Assembly (NCBI GenBank): GCA_043228905.1
Contig: JBHGNT010000011.1
Span: 4,774,001-4,838,000, forward strand
Length of the DNA: 64,000 nucleotides
Source of the DNA: Azolla caroliniana
Taxonomy: Eukaryota; Plantae; Polypodiophyta
Direction of reading: 5' to 3'
Part shown: positions 62,601-64,000 of the stretch, in pieces
Position numbering within the stretch: the first letter of the stretch is position 1
Layout of the letters: every line of letters starts with the position of its first letter
Notes under the pieces: generated by a model
The model's input: the letters and a program-made list of their open reading frames with translations, nothing else
The model's database searches: none
What the model was told of the DNA's origin: nothing
Made by a program: the position numbers and the translations under genes

Positions 62601-63680
62601 AAAGTAATTCATTTCTTTATTTCCGATGATAAGAAGCATGATACCTTGTTCGTCCAACACTGTTTTAAGTTACATTGGCAGTGGTTATTAGCTCAACGTT
62701 TGGAGCTTACTCAACATTGGGTCTGGTCTGATGGAGCTGCGCCACAATTCAAGGCTCGACGTCCATTTTATTTTGTGGGGAGGTATCCTGCTATAACAGG
62801 TTTGGAGATGAGATGGAATTTTTTTGGGTCTGGCCATGGTAAAGGTGAACATGATGGTGCAGGGGCTGTTATAAAGCGGGCACTTACCCATGAACAACTA
62901 AAGACAGATGGTGTGCACATGAATTGTGCATCACATGTAGTTGAATTTTTAAGAACAAATATGTCGACGAGTGCCACAGGTGTTTATTCCTCGCAAGTTC
63001 GAGATATCAAACGTGAATTTTGGGAAGTGAAGATAGATGAAGTAAATAGGGAGAAGACCTGGGAGTGCCAAGGAATTCCCGAATTGCGATCTCTGCATGC
63101 TGTTCGCGGTTATTCCAGGTTGGATGGTCATTGTATTGCGGTTAGAGAATTGACTTGTTTTTGCTTCCATTGTGTGCAGGGAAATTGGAGATATTGTCTA
63201 AACAAAGCATACATTCAGAATTGGGAGTATCACACTCTGAATGATAAGGAAGCAGTTGATGGAGAAACAGGGCAGAATGCTGACTTCACATATGAGGGAC
63301 TTGGAGATACTTTGAGTGATGTCCTGAACGTTGGGGATAACTTCGCTGTAAATGCTGAAGAAGGCAATTCAGAGGGTGCTGATTTCTATATATTAAAGTG
63401 CACGGTTAGTAAACAGTGTGCAAGGCAGAATATTGTAGATGCATGGGGAAATTTTGTATCTGCCGGGACATTCTACATCGAAGGCATTTTTTATGCAAAA
63501 CTAGATGACTACGAATATGTGTACAGGCTGTTAGAAGACAAACCAGCAGCGTATATGTACTCTCATTTGGTCAGATGCATCAACGTCCCAATGTCAGAAT
63601 ACAATAGCTGCTCCGGTTTATACACTGTTGGTGCTAATGTGTATGAATGTATTTACAATAGTATGCCATGGAATTTGTAG
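59653..63680 (+). CDS. Putative intact DDD transposase (Sola2-like), ~863 aa; exons 59653-60402 and 61839-63680
   Basis: CAG|GTATTT donor at 60403, CTAAT branch-like motif ~61816, CAG| acceptor at 61838, both phase 0 (HLLDVPQ|VDLFIRFKRMHPTIKV); Cys/His clusters; DFAENY..EIQSMHW (D at 62481), WSDGAAPQFK (D at 62730), GSGHGKGEHDG (D at 62853); no stops. Confidence 0.8.
60447..61810. repeat. Intronic array of ~20-bp units on the palindrome AGCTAATTAGCT
   Basis: Roughly 55 regular units at ~60690-61800 (span divided by 20) plus decayed units upstream; 8-nt linkers ACCATGAT, ACTAGAAT, ACTAGGAC, ACTACGAC, ACTAGACC and similar. Confidence 0.97.
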
Positions 63681-64000
63681 CTACAAGTAGCACTTACCAT
63701 GTTCTCTTGTAAAACAAACATGTATTTCGCGAAAACAGATCAATAAATTCGTTTGGAATCAATTTCTTGTATACAGTCTGCTTTCTGTGCTTCTTTCTCA
63801 ATAAAATCATGTATTTTTTGTTAAGTTTTAAGTTATAAGTTATAGCGAAATAGTCATCAGTAGCTAATTAGCTGTACAAATGCAGCTAATTAGCTGTACA
63901 AATGTATTTACAATAGTATGCCATGGAATTTGTAGCTACAAGTAGCACTTACCATGTTCTCTTGTAAAACAAACATGTATTTCGCGAAAACAGATCAATA
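63646..64000 (+). repeat. 255-bp-period duplication covering the transposase stop codon and 3' UTR
   Basis: 63646-63745 is repeated, apparently identically, at 63901-64000 and runs off the window. Confidence 0.9.

Larger units (their letters stand above)
58311..64000 (+). mobile_element. DNA transposon (Sola2-like), right end outside the window
   Basis: Copia RT homology stops at ..GCATGATATA and GGGTGAAAGC begins; subterminal palindromes, an 83-bp array and a DDD transposase gene follow. Confidence 0.75.

Overview
Eukaryotic land-plant genomic DNA. A non-seed plant such as a fern is inferred from the TE lineages present, not proven. Most of the window is nested LTR retrotransposons: several Ty1/copia copies, two non-chromoviral Ty3/gypsy elements, a Tcn1/chromovirus-like gypsy remnant and several solo LTRs, many with TG..CA ends, PBS/PPT and target-site duplications (TSDs) readable directly. 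There is one host gene, a 3-exon KLCR/CMU-like TPR protein (24407-27249). The most notable feature starts at 58311 and runs off the window: a DNA transposon inserted into a copia RT. It encodes an apparently intact, spliced ~863-aa DDD transposase resembling Sola2. Its single 1436-nt intron is largely an array of ~20-bp units built on the perfect palindrome AGCTAATTAGCT, and the same palindrome also marks the element's left end and 3' region. Other oddities: a covarying hairpin and a duplicated PPT at the 3' end of one copia group, a gypsy with two tandem aspartic-protease domains, a gypsy with a large extra 3' ORF and no purine-rich PPT, and a head-to-head LTR pair forming a long inverted repeat. 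All family assignments come from motif recognition by eye; no database search was run.
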